Origin: an uncultured Hormoscilla sp.
Lineage (GTDB): Bacteria; Cyanobacteriota; Cyanobacteriia; Cyanobacteriales; Desertifilaceae
NCBI GenBank assembly: GCA_963921275.4
Contig: OZ001293.3
Span: forward strand, 1,088,001-1,152,000
Length of the DNA: 64,000 bases
Direction: 5' to 3'
Below the pieces are notes generated by a model. The model had not been told where the DNA came from. It worked only from the letters and a program-made list of their open reading frames with translations, and made no database searches. Both the position numbers and the translations under genes were made by a program. Below, in pieces: positions 36,515 through 47,859 of the stretch (within the stretch, counting starts at the first letter, position 1; the number at the start of each line of letters is the position of its first letter).

Positions 36515-38983
36515 AATGGCACTGACTTAAGTCGGGCAGGGCGCAAGAATCAATAAGGGGTATCTATTCTCAAATATCATGAGAATGATTGCCTTCTTAT
36601 TGCGAATCAGGCACAGTCCACTCGCAATTTTCGTGGCTCCATACCACATGCACAATTTTTCTTGCGCTTAAGTCGGGTGAAAAAAAGCTCCAAGGCATGC
36701 TAGATAAGGATTATAGCCCTGAAGCCTAGTAAGCTATTACCCATAATCATGCCTAATCGAGCTGATATTCTCAAGTGTCAATTGGCTTCAAAGCAATCGC
36801 TTTACCATTCCGACAGGTGCTGCCAGAATCAGACATTCAACAGTTATGCGGACCAAGAAAACGTCCCTCGTTCGCCATCGATTGTTTTCGCCGGTGGTTA
36901 CCCTGTGGATGTTCTTGCTGTGGATGCAGGTCATCGATATAGCTGCGCCACGCTACGGGATCAGCCTCTACTCGCACATTAGCAGTCAGTAAGGTTGTGG
37001 CCTGGTGCAGCGGGAGAGCAGGTCCCCGAGGATAGCGCAGCCATGGGCAGCGCTATGGGTAAAATTATGAGGGGTCCAGGGAGGTCGAGGGGGTGAGGGG
37101 GTGAGGAGGGGGTGAGGGGGTGAAGGGGTATAAAAGGTAAATCAACATGGCTCTATAATAGACAATTATCACCAAAGGCCAGCTCCCACTCCCCCACTCT
37201 CCCACTCAGTTGAATCTGGTAAAAATTCAAAACATACCCTTGAAAGAGAGGGAGGTCCAGGGAGAGGGGAAGGCGAGAAGATGTTGATTTTTCGTGTTCT
37301 GCACAGATGGAGAGAAAATGTCGGCGTATTATTAATGGACCGACGCTCTAGAAGCTAAAGTTACTGCGAGGGCAGCTATGGCTGCGCCCCCAGGGGAGAT
37401 ATCTCTGCTCCTTGCTCTTGTCCCAGGGTCCATAAGGCACACAGGAGACATCGCAGCGCTATTGGTGCTAATTAAGAAGTGTGCCTGCTAGATGGCTCTT
37501 CGGTGATTATGAGGGACACAACTCAGCTGGACAGTGGGAAGTTCTATGGCTGCGCCACGCTACGCGATTGGGAACTCTCTTCCGAGCAGGCCATGAGCGA
37601 TGAGCGCATCCGTCAGCCTGGAGGTGGACGTAAAAGAGCCACTGATGAAATAGAGGGATACTTTGCATTTTGGCGTGTTATAGAGAGCCATACAGCAGGT
37701 TCGCGCCCTGGATGAGTCTATTAAATGGACGCATTTAACTCGTCAGCAAATCGCCGATAAATTGTTGCAGGATGCTGGAATTTCAGTTAGCGTAACGGTT
37801 GTGGATCAATTGTTAGAAAAATACAAATTTCGTCGTCGCAAGGCTTTCAAAACCAAAGCTACTGGGGAGAACAAAGATCGCGGCCCGAGCAATTTGAGAA
37901 TATAGACTCTCTTGTCGAAAGCTCTCAAAATGCTGGAAATCCCGTGATAAGTATGGACACAAAAAAAAAGAGTTTATAGGTCAACTGTATCGTGATGAAC
38001 ACACCTATACTCAAGATAGAATCAAGCTTTACGACCATGATGGGCCATCTCTGGCTCAAGGCCGGATCATTCCGCACGGTTTATATGATATGAACTACAA
38101 CCTCGGCTATGTACAGATTGGGACATCCCATGACACGAGCGAGTTTGCCTGTGACTCAATTAACTATTGGTGGCTCACCTATGGTTCTATACTGTATCCG
38201 TTGGCAACCTCAATTTTATTATTGTGTGATGGTGGTGGTAGTAACAGCTCTCGCTCTTACCTGTTTAAAGAAAATCTGCAAAACCTTAGCAACAAGCTAG
38301 GCATTGAAATTCGGGTTGCTCATTATCCTCCCTATACCTCTAAGTATAATCCTATTGAACATCGCTTATTTCCTCATATCAGCCGTGGGTAATCTTCTAC
38401 AAGGTGGAAACGGCCTCAGACTTGATAGCTACAGCTACAACAAAGACGGGGTTAAAGGTGTTTACAACCGTGATTGACAAGGTTTATCAAACAGGAGTGA
38501 AAGTTAGCTTAAATTTTAAGGAAACTATGAAAATTGTATTTGACAATTTTCTCCCACAATGAAACTATACAGCCTTGCCACAACCGACGTAATGGCTCTC
38601 CTGAGCGGGGTAAATGTATTGCAGAATACAAATATGGCAGGTGGGAAAGGTAGCAAACCCTTGATACCAGCGTAAACATAAGTTTTACTTATCACCCCAA
38701 ACTCAGGAGACTCGATGTAATTTTGGACAAATTATTAAATCCTCAAATCCTTACTTTAATGTGAAACGCCACAATGGGAGAATCAGTCGTACCGTTACAA
38801 ATCTCCCGACAATCGCGGAGACCAAAAAATTATCCCCTCGATGTCTCCTGTGTGCCGTGCGCGCAGCGTGGCGCAGCCATGTCACCACCGGACAAGAGCA
38901 AGGAGCAGAGATATCGAAATGAGGCAACGGCGTCAAGAGTTGAAAGCACAGTTACTCGAATGATGCTTAAGTCAGTGCCATTC
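36515..38983 (+). mobile_element. Degraded IS4-like element containing other insertions
   Basis: Inverted ends AATGGCACTGACTTAAG / CTTAAGTCAGTGCCATT; MPNRADILK start shared with the copy at 46805. Confidence 0.7.
37570..38592 (+). pseudogene. ISAzo13-family transposase remnant
   Basis: RIRQPGGGRK, ISMDTKKKE, SHDTSEFA, and HYPPYTSKYNPIEHRLF across frameshifts. Confidence 0.85.
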
Positions 38984-39029
38984 AATGTAGGGTGGGCATT
39001 CCTGGCTGTGTGAAGCTACCGGTGATTTT

Positions 39030-39287
39030 TTATACCTCAGCCAGCCCTAATCTCCGGCGCATTTCATCGCTAGAAATTCCCCCCGACCCACGTCGCCGCG
39101 ATCGCTCAATCAACTGAATAAATTTAGGATTAGTACTCAGTGAAATTGTTTCCAAATCCGCATTTTCAATATTAACTAACGCTGCGATCGGCTCACCATT
39201 GCTAGTAATTATCACCGGTTCTTCAGAAAGACTAGAGGTATACTCAGCCAGTGTTCCCCTTGCTTCCGCTATTTCAACAATCTTCAT
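39030..39287 (-). CDS. Phd/YefM-type antitoxin
   Basis: MKIVEIAEARGTLAEY...EPVIITSNGEPIAALV; lies downstream of a RelE-like gene. Confidence 0.75.
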   Translation of the reverse strand: MKIVEIAEARGTLAEYTSSLSEEPVIITSNGEPIAALVNIENADLETISLSTNPKFIQLIERSRRRGSGGISSDEMRRRLGLAEV

Positions 39288-39289
39288 AG

Positions 39290-39583
39290 CTAGTAAATCT
39301 CTCCTGCTATATTAACCTGGTTGCGTTCCTTCACACCAACTGCGTTAATGTACACCACGGCCTCTGGTTACTCTTCTACATCATAGTATACAAGTAAGTT
39401 ACCAATACATAGTTCCCAAGCAGCAAGATAATTTGAACACATCAACTTCCTGTTTTTGGTTTCAACCGTTGGCTGATACATGAGTTGCTCATCTACATTA
39501 TCTAATACAATTGCTTGCTGTCGAGTAGTTAGGTACTTTAAGTGTGCTTCTGAGTCTGGTGAGTATTCTATATGGTAAGCCAA
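39290..39583 (-). pseudogene. RelE/ParE-family toxin with a premature TAA at 39368-39370
   Basis: YHIEYSP...WEL.IGN..VYYDVEE*, and the same frame continues PEAVVYINAVGVKERNQV. Confidence 0.7.
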
Positions 39584-40017
39584 TTTTAATGGGCAAATAT
39601 GTCAACAAAAATATTTTAGCACGAGGTCTAACACCTATAATCTATCTGATCTCCTCTGGCCCCGGGATCATCCCAGAGAAGCTTCTGTATTATAATTAGA
39701 GCCAATGTAGTAATAGATGTGCATAAAAATAACTACGAACTACGAACTACGAACCCGAGAATTTGTGCTTTTATGCTTTAGTGAGATGCGCCCTCTGGCC
39801 TCTCTCTAGGCGCTGAGCGCCTGGGAAGCACGCTTCGTGCTTACTACGAACCTACTCTCTAGTCGCTGAGCGCCTGGGAAGCACGCTTCGTGCTTACTAC
39901 GAACCGCATAACCGGTACGAGCCAATAATAACACCGGTGTTAAGAGAGGGATTTTCGGTGTGAAATGGTTTGTCAATCCTATTGGCTATTCTCCTAATCT
40001 GTGTTAACCTAACTTAA

Positions 40018-40140
40018 TGTAGTCGGTTCTGATGGGGAACAGCCATCAGAGGTAACGGGGAAAGTTCGGTGCAAGTCCGACCCTGTCCCGCAGCTGTAAT
40101 CAGACAAGTTTGTCTGTAAGTCAGAAGGCCCGCCGATGAA
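40018..40140 (+). promoter_or_regulatory. Cobalamin riboswitch
   Basis: CGGTTCT...GGTAACGGGGAAAGTTCGGTGCAAGTCCG...CTGTCCCGCAGCTGTAA...AGTCAGAAGGCCCGCCG (B12-box) upstream of cobalt/cobalamin genes. Confidence 0.88.
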
Positions 40141-40337
40141 AAGCACAGTAAGTTAAGCATCTGCGAGGTACGGATGATGAGCATAAGTGAATTTCTATTG
40201 GTCCGACTCAGGCGTGAGCCTAGCATATTCCTCTGCAAGTACCGATGCTAGAGATGCCAGACCACTTTACCCAGACTGAATAGGGAGATTACGCCAGATG
40301 CGGGCGCTTTCTGGTTCCTTTGCGGCCTGGCATGCAG

Positions 40338-40811
40338 TCAGTTGGACTTTTCGCCTAGGACAGTCCAAGCATTGAAGCTGGTTGGGGTCCACCCTGCTGT
40401 CTCTGTCAAGCTGCTAGCAACAGCGATCGGAATTAACCCCCAAGTCAAGGAACATAAGGTGACCAGAAAAACCAGTCCTAAGGGATGCTGGCGGTGCCGT
40501 TCCCCGTTCAATCTCGATATATCGCTATCGGACAGCAACATTTCTGCTGCTTGTGGTTTTAAGCTAGTGCCAGTCACATGCCGATTGACCTTGACTGTTA
40601 CTTCCGTTTTGGCAACCTTGATTAACTTAAGTTGCTTTAACTGCTGCAGGGCACTGAAAATCTCCCGATCGCTATAGGCTTTTTCCCGATATTCCCCTGT
40701 CCAAGCTTGGAAGTCCTGCAAATCAACTTTCATCTGGCGATCGCTTTCAGAGCGCCCTATCATCCAATTGTACATCAGGTTAGCACAAGGAGTAAGTTTT
40801 GCTTCTAACAT
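40338..40811 (-). CDS. Hypothetical protein with a C-terminal hydrophobic segment
   Basis: 157-aa ORF with GAGG upstream; possible winged-helix-like N-terminus (not verified). Confidence 0.55.
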   Translation of the reverse strand: MLEAKLTPCANLMYNWMIGRSESDRQMKVDLQDFQAWTGEYREKAYSDREIFSALQQLKQLKLIKVAKTEVTVKVNRHVTGTSLKPQAAEMLLSDSDISRLNGERHRQHPLGLVFLVTLCSLTWGLIPIAVASSLTETAGWTPTSFNAWTVLGEKSN

Positions 40812-41024
40812 GGCTCGATTTTTTCCTCAATTATCTTTACAAATGCGGACAAATGCTTTTATATGACTGTTGACCAGACCTGGAAGCCGACCCTAGTCCT
40901 TATAGGCACAATTGCTCATGAATTTGCAAGTTGTGACTAAACTTTTTCTCCTAAATTGTAACATCGTTTACAGTTTCCTGTCTACTTTGGTGAATCATGC
41001 CCAAAATCGGCCATTTAACATATA

Positions 41025-41690
41025 ATGTCGAAAATGTCAATGCCAAAAATCAAGATTTATGCCCGATCAGGGATAGGCCCGATCGCCCTAGTATCAGTAA
41101 TCGGACTGCTGCTCTTCGCGCAACCGGCGATCGCCCACCATGCTTTTGATGGCTCAACACCCACCAATTTCTTTGAAGGGTTTCTCTCGGGACTGGCGCA
41201 CCCGGTCATCGGTTTGGATCATTTTGCCTTCGTAGTAGCCGTAGGGTTGCTATCAGCGATCGAAAAGCAAGGTTTTTTAATTCCAGTGGCCTTTGTCTTG
41301 GCAGCAATAGGCGGAACGGGCCTGCATTTAATGGGTCTGGATCTGCCACTTCCGGAGGTAGTCATATCCGCTTCCGTGCTGGCCTTCGGTGTCATGCTGG
41401 CAATGAAAGATCGTCCTCAGGCGATCGCCCTAGCGGTCCTGGGGGCGATCGCGGGAATTTTCCACGGATATGCCTACGGCGAATCCATTGTCGGAGCCGA
41501 AATGACCCCCCTGGTAGCATATTTAGCAGGCTTTACCATCATCCAGCTAATTGTTGCCCTGATCGCCTACAAAATTGGTAAATTTTGGATGGAGAAATTT
41601 ATTGAGCAACCCTTGCTAAATTTACGATTTGCAGGCTTTACCATCTGTGGTGCAGGTGCCGCTTTTCTGGCCGGAGCCATCCTAGGTTAA
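41025..41690 (+). CDS. HupE/UreJ family Ni/Co transporter
   Basis: Signal peptide then AHH, GLAHPVIGLDH, and FHGYAYGE motifs. Confidence 0.9.
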   Translation: MSKMSMPKIKIYARSGIGPIALVSVIGLLLFAQPAIAHHAFDGSTPTNFFEGFLSGLAHPVIGLDHFAFVVAVGLLSAIEKQGFLIPVAFVLAAIGGTGLHLMGLDLPLPEVVISASVLAFGVMLAMKDRPQAIALAVLGAIAGIFHGYAYGESIVGAEMTPLVAYLAGFTIIQLIVALIAYKIGKFWMEKFIEQPLLNLRFAGFTICGAGAAFLAGAILG

Positions 41691-41782
41691 TTACCAATTA
41701 AGAAACCCGGTTTTTTAGAAAAACCGGGTTTCTGGGCTCCCGCGCAGCAACAACGCAATTAGTTAATATCATCTCAAGGAAC

Positions 41783-42157
41783 ATGTCAAAACACGCCATA
41801 TTTGTTTGCACGACCTGTGCCACTGTTTGGAAAGATGGAAAACCCCAAGGAATTAGTGGCGGACAGCGGTTCCTCGAACAACTGCAAACAATGCACTCGG
41901 ACTGGGAATTACGAGATGATTTTCCCATTCAGGAAGTAAAATGCATGAGCGCATGCAGTCATCATTGTGCAGTTTCCTTTGCCGCTGCTGACAAATACAC
42001 TTATGTATTCGGCGATTTACAAATATTGCCGGAAACTTCTGCTGCTGTGCTAACTTGTGCTAGTCAATATTATGCTAAACCCGATGGCATGTTGCCGTGG
42101 TCGGAACGACCCGAACCCCTCAAAAAATCTGTCCTGGCACGAATTCCGCCCCTTTAG
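41783..42157 (+). CDS. DUF1636-type Cys-rich metal-binding protein
   Basis: IFVCTTC, CMSAC...C, KYTYVFGD, and LARIPP motifs. Confidence 0.8.
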   Translation: MSKHAIFVCTTCATVWKDGKPQGISGGQRFLEQLQTMHSDWELRDDFPIQEVKCMSACSHHCAVSFAAADKYTYVFGDLQILPETSAAVLTCASQYYAKPDGMLPWSERPEPLKKSVLARIPPL

Positions 42158-42183
42158 CGATCGCCCGATAGTTGAGGAGATTG

Positions 42184-42490
42184 TCGGGTGGGTTAGGCGC
42201 GGCGGCGTGAGTAGCTACATAATAAGTTGTGCCTGTAAAAGCGCCGTAACCAAACATCTTCAGAAGTAAGATGCAGTAAGGTGGGTTAGGCGCGGCGGCG
42301 TGAGTAGCTACATAATAAGTTGTGCCTGTAAAAGCGCCGTAACCCACAATCTTCAGTCAGCAACTGGCTGCAACCAGGTGCGTTACGGCGCGAAATACAC
42401 TCAAACTGTCTGTTTCCATAACCGTTGGTCGCGCCTAACGCACCCTACTATCAGGCTAACAAATCACCGGTGGGCGGTGCCCACCCTACA
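42184..42490. repeat. REP-like cluster (93-bp tandem pair plus an inverted unit)
   Basis: GGTGGGTTAGGCGCG...GCGCCGTAACC twice; GCGCCTAACGCACCCTAC; GGTGGGC..TGCCCACCCTAC. Confidence 0.75.
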
Positions 42491-42506
42491 AGAAAGAAGA
42501 AAAAAG

Positions 42507-43535
42507 ATGGCAGCTAAAATACCAGTTACTGTGATTACAGGATTTCTCGGCGCAGGCAAAACGACTACCATTCGTCACCTGCTGCAAAATAATCAAGGAC
42601 GCCGCATTGCTGTAGTTGTCAATGAATTTGGCGAAGTTGGTATTGATGGAGAACTTCTGCGTGACTGTCAGGTATGCGACGATGAAGAAAGTGCTAACAT
42701 TGTAGAATTAACAAATGGATGCTTGTGCTGTACGGTGCAGGAAGAGTTCTTTCCCATGATGCAAGAATTGCTTCAGCGTCGCGATAAAATTGATTGTATG
42801 CTGATCGAAACATCAGGGCTAGCTTTGCCGAAACCTTTGGTACAAGCTTTCCGCTGGCCGGAAATTAAAAATGGCGCTACAGTGGATGGTGTTGTGACAG
42901 TGGTAGACTGTGAAGCGGTAGCTAAAGGCACTCTTGCTAGCGATCTTGATGCCCTCAACGATCAACGCCAAGCTGACCCCAATTTAGAACATGAAACTCT
43001 CATTGAGGAACTGTTTGAAGACCAACTGGCTTGTGCGGATATGGTACTGTTAACTAAGGTAGACTTGGTAGATGCTGAAACTCGCAGTAAAGTAGAAGCA
43101 TGGTTGCGATTGCAGTTACCTGCAACGGTGAAAATTGTTCCTTGTAAAAGTGGTGAAATTAGCCCTGACGTGCTATTGGGATTTAATGCCGCTGTGGAGG
43201 ATAACCTGGACTCTCGTCCCAGTCACCATGATACTGAAGAAGAACACGACCACGATGATGAAATAAATTCGGTGAATGTTGTCTGCGATCGCCCCTTCGA
43301 CCCGAAAGCCCTGATAGCCAAATTACGACAGCTAGTCGGACAGCAGGAAATATATCGGATCAAAGGTTTTGTCGATGTTCCCAATAAACCCATGCGCATG
43401 GTGCTGCAAGGGGTGGGCGATCGGGTCGAATCATTCTACGATCGCCCCTGGCAAGCATCGGAGGCCAGGCAAACACGACTGGTGTTCATTGGCCAGGCCC
43501 TCGATCGGGTAACAATTGAGCAAGCTTTGTGCTAA
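42507..43535 (+). CDS. cobW: Cobalamin biosynthesis GTPase CobW
   Basis: KIPVTVITGFLGAGKTT, ELTNGCLCCTVQEEF, ETSGLALPKPLV, and a His-rich linker. Confidence 0.93.
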   Translation: MAAKIPVTVITGFLGAGKTTTIRHLLQNNQGRRIAVVVNEFGEVGIDGELLRDCQVCDDEESANIVELTNGCLCCTVQEEFFPMMQELLQRRDKIDCMLIETSGLALPKPLVQAFRWPEIKNGATVDGVVTVVDCEAVAKGTLASDLDALNDQRQADPNLEHETLIEELFEDQLACADMVLLTKVDLVDAETRSKVEAWLRLQLPATVKIVPCKSGEISPDVLLGFNAAVEDNLDSRPSHHDTEEEHDHDDEINSVNVVCDRPFDPKALIAKLRQLVGQQEIYRIKGFVDVPNKPMRMVLQGVGDRVESFYDRPWQASEARQTRLVFIGQALDRVTIEQALC

Positions 43536-43934
43536 ATTTGGATAAAGGTGCAAAATCTTAACTGATGTTACAGCCCTGGGATGACTGGTAAGTAGGTGCG
43601 CGCAATTAAACTCAACTGATCTTAATTGTGCGCACCTACTTAGGAGTGAGTTTTTACGAGAGTTAAAAATCCTGACCTAATATCATGTCCGCTTAAATGC
43701 CCATAATAAAAATTGCATCACCTGTAGGTTGGGTTGAGGCACGAAACCCAACGGCAGTAAGCCCTGTTGGGTTTCGCTGGCGCTCTACCCAACAAACGCA
43801 AGAGATCTTTTTTATTACGGTTAATCATCCCGACATGATATAAGTTAGTCGTGAGGCCAGTGTCAGTGAGTGGATATCTTCGAGATCGCACTACAAGAGC
43901 CGCGATCGCACTTTGAATAATTTAGGGACATGTT

Positions 43935-44255
43935 TTAGTCTCTGACATCCATTGCCAAAGCTTGTGGAACAAGCTGATAGCCCATAGCATGTAGAATCGC
44001 GTTTACATTCTCAAAGAGTGGGTTTTCTTGCTCTGACAATGCTTTTTGTAGTCCTTTCCGGCTAATCCCTGCTGCTTCTGCTGTTGCTGTAACTCCTTTG
44101 ACACGGCTAATCATAAGCAATGCGGACAATAAAGCACCTGTGTCATTGTTCTTTGCATATTCCTCAAAGATAACAGTTATAAAACTGTCAATTTCCTCTG
44201 GATGTTCGCGGTAATATTCCTCTTCAACTTGGTCAAATGTTCTGTATTTACGCAT
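43935..44255 (-). CDS. Addiction-module antidote (HTH antitoxin)
   Basis: LLSAL..ISRVKGVT..AEAAGISR.GL.KALS...NP. Confidence 0.85.
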   Translation of the reverse strand: MRKYRTFDQVEEEYYREHPEEIDSFITVIFEEYAKNNDTGALLSALLMISRVKGVTATAEAAGISRKGLQKALSEQENPLFENVNAILHAMGYQLVPQALAMDVRD

Positions 44256-44580
44256 AACTTAGATGATCCTTCCAATAAGCTTTCGCCGCTTCAATATCTT
44301 GTGTGTGGCTGCTTTTGTCGCCGCCACACAGCAAAAGCACAATGTTGTCACCCTCTTCCCCGAAATACACACGGTAGCCTGGTCCGAAGAACATTCGTAA
44401 TTCTGAAAGTCCTTCGCCGATGGGTTCACAATCTCCGTAATTTCCCTGCTCTAGCCGTCTTAATCGGGCGCTGCTCCTCTTACGAACATCACGTAAACTA
44501 TTCAGCCAGTTTGTGAATGGCTCGTTTCCATCTGCATCCTGATAAACGGTTAAAGTTTTTGGTTTTACGGGTTTAATCAT
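44248..44580 (-). CDS. RelE/HigB-like addiction-module killer toxin
   Basis: GNYGDCEPIGEGLSELRMFFGPGYRVYF...LLCGGDKS. Confidence 0.88.
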   Translation of the reverse strand: MIKPVKPKTLTVYQDADGNEPFTNWLNSLRDVRKRSSARLRRLEQGNYGDCEPIGEGLSELRMFFGPGYRVYFGEEGDNIVLLLCGGDKSSHTQDIEAAKAYWKDHLSYA

Positions 44581-44735
44581 ATCATTCTATCTTATCACAT
44601 GCGTACCTCAGTACGCAAGCTCTTGTTTAGATTAGCACAGATGTCAAGTTTGATGCTTATCCCATTCAAAGGTTATGGGATTGAACTCAATAAAAACAAT
44701 GTTGGGTTGAGGAAACGAAACCCAACCTACGGCGA

Positions 44736-44858
44736 TGGGCGATCGCGTCGAATCATTCTACGATCACCCCTGGCAAGCATCAGAGGCCAGGCAAACACAA
44801 TTGGTGTTCATTGGCCGGGCCCTCGATCAGGTGACAATTGAGCAAGCTTTGTGCTAAA
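44736..44858 (+). repeat. Diverged direct repeat of the cobW 3' end (43414-43536)
   Basis: 123-bp match with scattered substitutions, including the cobW stop codon. Confidence 0.9.
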
Positions 44859-45119
44859 ATTGTCCAACCAGAAGGTCTGAAAATTATTCATACCAGCAAG
44901 TTGTTAGGGTCAAGTCAAGCCCACTTGACTTGACAGCTCAGTGCTTGTTATGCTATGATTATCAAATAATAATACAATATCCTACATAAAAATACAATAT
45001 CAAAGGTAAAAAGTCACGAACAGAGTATGGGCAAAACAGTTTGCCCAACCAGAACCGATGGACAAAAGAAACTCAGTTTTTAGGGTCTTGGCAGTATTCT
45101 CTGGATCCTGTAGTTTTCC

Positions 45120-45490
45120 ATAGCGATCCTGGAATTATTCCTCCTGATCGAAGCCAGTGGGCTTCTTGGAATTACACCTGATATGTAACTGGAGAAAACG
45201 ATTATAATTTTTCCTATTATCTAAATAGCGTTCACAACCATAAAACGGAAAAGGATTATTTCCTGACTTTAAACGATAGGAAAACAATCGATAGCAATTT
45301 AATCCTGAGGCAACTCAATTTTACCCATCCGATTTATTCTCTAGATTCTATGAGTTATCAACATCGTCTTTCTGAATTAAATGGAGAAAAAAGAACATAT
45401 TACTGTGGCAGTTATTTTGGCTATGGATTTCACGAAGATGCGGTGAAATCTGGATTGGCAGTTGCTCGCGCTTTTGGCATTGAATTATAA
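45120..45490 (+). pseudogene. C-terminal remnant of an FAD-dependent oxidoreductase
   Basis: WASWNY, FTHPIY, and YCGSYFGYGFHEDAVKSG fragments. Confidence 0.7.
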
Positions 45491-45609
45491 TGATCGCCCC
45501 AATGAATAGCAAGATATGGCGGTCAAAAAATATGCAAGTCCAACAGTCAGAAAAAATAGCACAAATTTGAAGATTACTCTGAGTAAAAAATACGATCCAT
45601 CAGTGATTT

Positions 45610-46458
45610 ATTCATGCGTTAGCCATTAACATCATTCCCGGATTGGGAACGATAGCTGCCATAGGACTTATTTTTAAACAGGGCATTTATACTTGGAAAA
45701 AATTATGTTAACGGTATTTTATATGTTAAATATTATGGGAATTACGGTAGGCTCGTCTATTTGCTCACCGGACATTCCAAACTTCAATAGTAGTTAAAGT
45801 ATGTTTCATTATTTTAGGATCGATGGCTTGTCAAGATCTCTATTGTATTGGGTCAGCAATCACAGACGACATCATCAATATAGCGATCGCCCAGGAGATT
45901 CTCACTCTCCTCATTGTTTTGAAACCAAAAAATTAAATACTATCCAAGGACTATGGCACGCTCAGATAGGCTGGACTTTTACCCATAAAATTACCAATGT
46001 TTTTGTATTCGCTAAAGACTTACTCAAAGACCAGACAATTGTCAAGTTAAATAGTTGGTACTATGTCTGGGTTTTACTAGGCTTGATTATACCAACTCTC
46101 AGAGGAGGTATTATTACGGGAACGAGTTGGGGATTGCTGTCTGTTTTTCTGTGGGGAGGTTGCCTTCGCTTATTCTTATCCTATCATTTCACGCAAAGTA
46201 TTAACTCAATTACTCATCTCTATGGAAGTCATCCTTTCAATACTCATGAATGGAGTACAAACAATATTTTGCTCGCATTACAAACATTAGGAGAAGCATG
46301 GCATAATAACCATCATGCCTTTCCGAATTCTGCAAAATTTGGTTGACAATTTTGGCAAATATATCTAGGGTATTGGGTGATTCGAGCATTAGAACAAGTG
46401 GGCTTGGTTTGGGATGTCAAAGTTCCTAAGAAGGAGGCTATCGCTGCCAAAGAATAAT
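45610..46458 (+). pseudogene. Acyl-CoA/acyl-ACP desaturase, frameshifted
   Basis: His boxes HRRHH and GEAWHNNHHAFP, plus DSHSP; premature TGA at 46344-46346 and a broken N-terminus. Confidence 0.8.
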
Positions 46459-46711
46459 TGGAGTTGACAAGGTAGATATTCCTCTGTTATAATGCGAATC
46501 CTATAAAAAACGAAAACGAGAAGAAAAAATGCAGGAAACTCAAGGCAAACTAAGAGGATGTTTGGAAACACGTAGAGGTAAGAAATGTTTCATGCTAGTC
46601 GGCGCAGCATAAGTCGAATCATGGCTATGTAGATAAAGGATTCTGATGAAGCAGGATCGGGTTCATAATCCATGTTGAGACGACGGCACCAATGTAGCCA
46701 GGAGTAAGTGG

Positions 46712-47510
46712 AATGGCACTGACGACGAAGGAGTGAAAAAAAGCTCCAAGGCGTGCTAGATAAGGATTATAGCCCTGAAGCCTAGTAAGCTATTACCCAT
46801 AATCATGCCCAATCGAGCTGATATTCTCAAGTGTCAATTGGCTTCAAAGCAATCGCTTTACCATTCCGACAGGTGCTGCCAGAATCAGACATTCAACAGT
46901 TATGCCGACCCGACCCGGAGCAAGAAAACGTCCCTCGTTCGCCATCGATTGTTTTCGCCGGTGGTTACCCTGTGGATGTTCTTGCTGTGTCCCTTGACAG
47001 GGCTCGGTATGAGATACTATCGGATCATACCTGTCAAGGGACACAGGATGCAGGTCATCGATTCAGCCTCTACTCGCACATTAGCAGTCAGTAAGGTTGT
47101 GGCCTGGTGCAGCGGGAGAGCAGGCCCCCGAGGAGGACACGCTTTACCGAAGGCAAAGCCAGAAAACCTCTACCCGATCGCGTAGCGTGGCGCAGCCATA
47201 CGAGTAGTGGAGCGTATGCACGACCTTACCGTACAAAAGCTAGAAGCTAAAGTTACTGCGAGGGCAGCTTTGCGGGGCGGGGTGCGGTTTACGAGTGTGC
47301 CTGCTAGATGGCTCTTCCGTGATTATGAGCGACACAACGAGCGCAATCTTAAGGCTTATCCTCAACACTCAAATCAACTAAAGGGCAGTATCACTTGACA
47401 TGCGTGATAATATATTATATCACGCTATGTCAAGTGATACTGGGTTGTGGTTTTCGTTTGAGCGCGAATCGTCGTTATGTTTAGCTTGGGTGTGGTCAAA
47501 AGTAGTTGAT
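46712..47510 (+). mobile_element. IS4-like element remnant, second copy
   Basis: Near-identical to 36677-37030 over its 5' part; same AATGGCACTGAC end; interrupted by the 57-bp hairpin at 47386-47442. Confidence 0.75.
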
Positions 47511-47859
47511 AGAGTAGAGAATCAATTTTGTCGCCAGGCTCAAAATTGATAATCATTACCATTCTCGTCAGCCAAAAACAATAAAGTATTACTTGACATC
47601 CGCGATCAAATATTATATAATAAGAGATCATATGGAGTGGTTGTTTATCGTAATTGAGGAAAGTAGGTAAGTGTAAATGGCAATATATAGTCATAGGTGC
47701 AGAAATCGCTGAAAGCATTTCTGGGAGAGGTTTTCAGCTATCTCGATCCCAATTTACTCCTGCCCTCGTTTAATTGTGAGCGCCTCACGCTCTTGCATTC
47801 TGGAAAGAAATATGGCAGTATTGAAATAGAGAGAAAACTAAATGTCAACACTGCCATGA

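Noticed and set aside
39730..39905. ACTACGA heptamers and a ~54-bp tandem pair as a mini-CRISPR
   Set aside because: Only two adjacent units embedded in short tandem repeats, with no spacers.
42300..42506. 69-aa N-terminal extension of CobW in the ORF track
   Set aside because: It is translated REP-like repeat; the conserved start is MAAKIPVTV at 42507.
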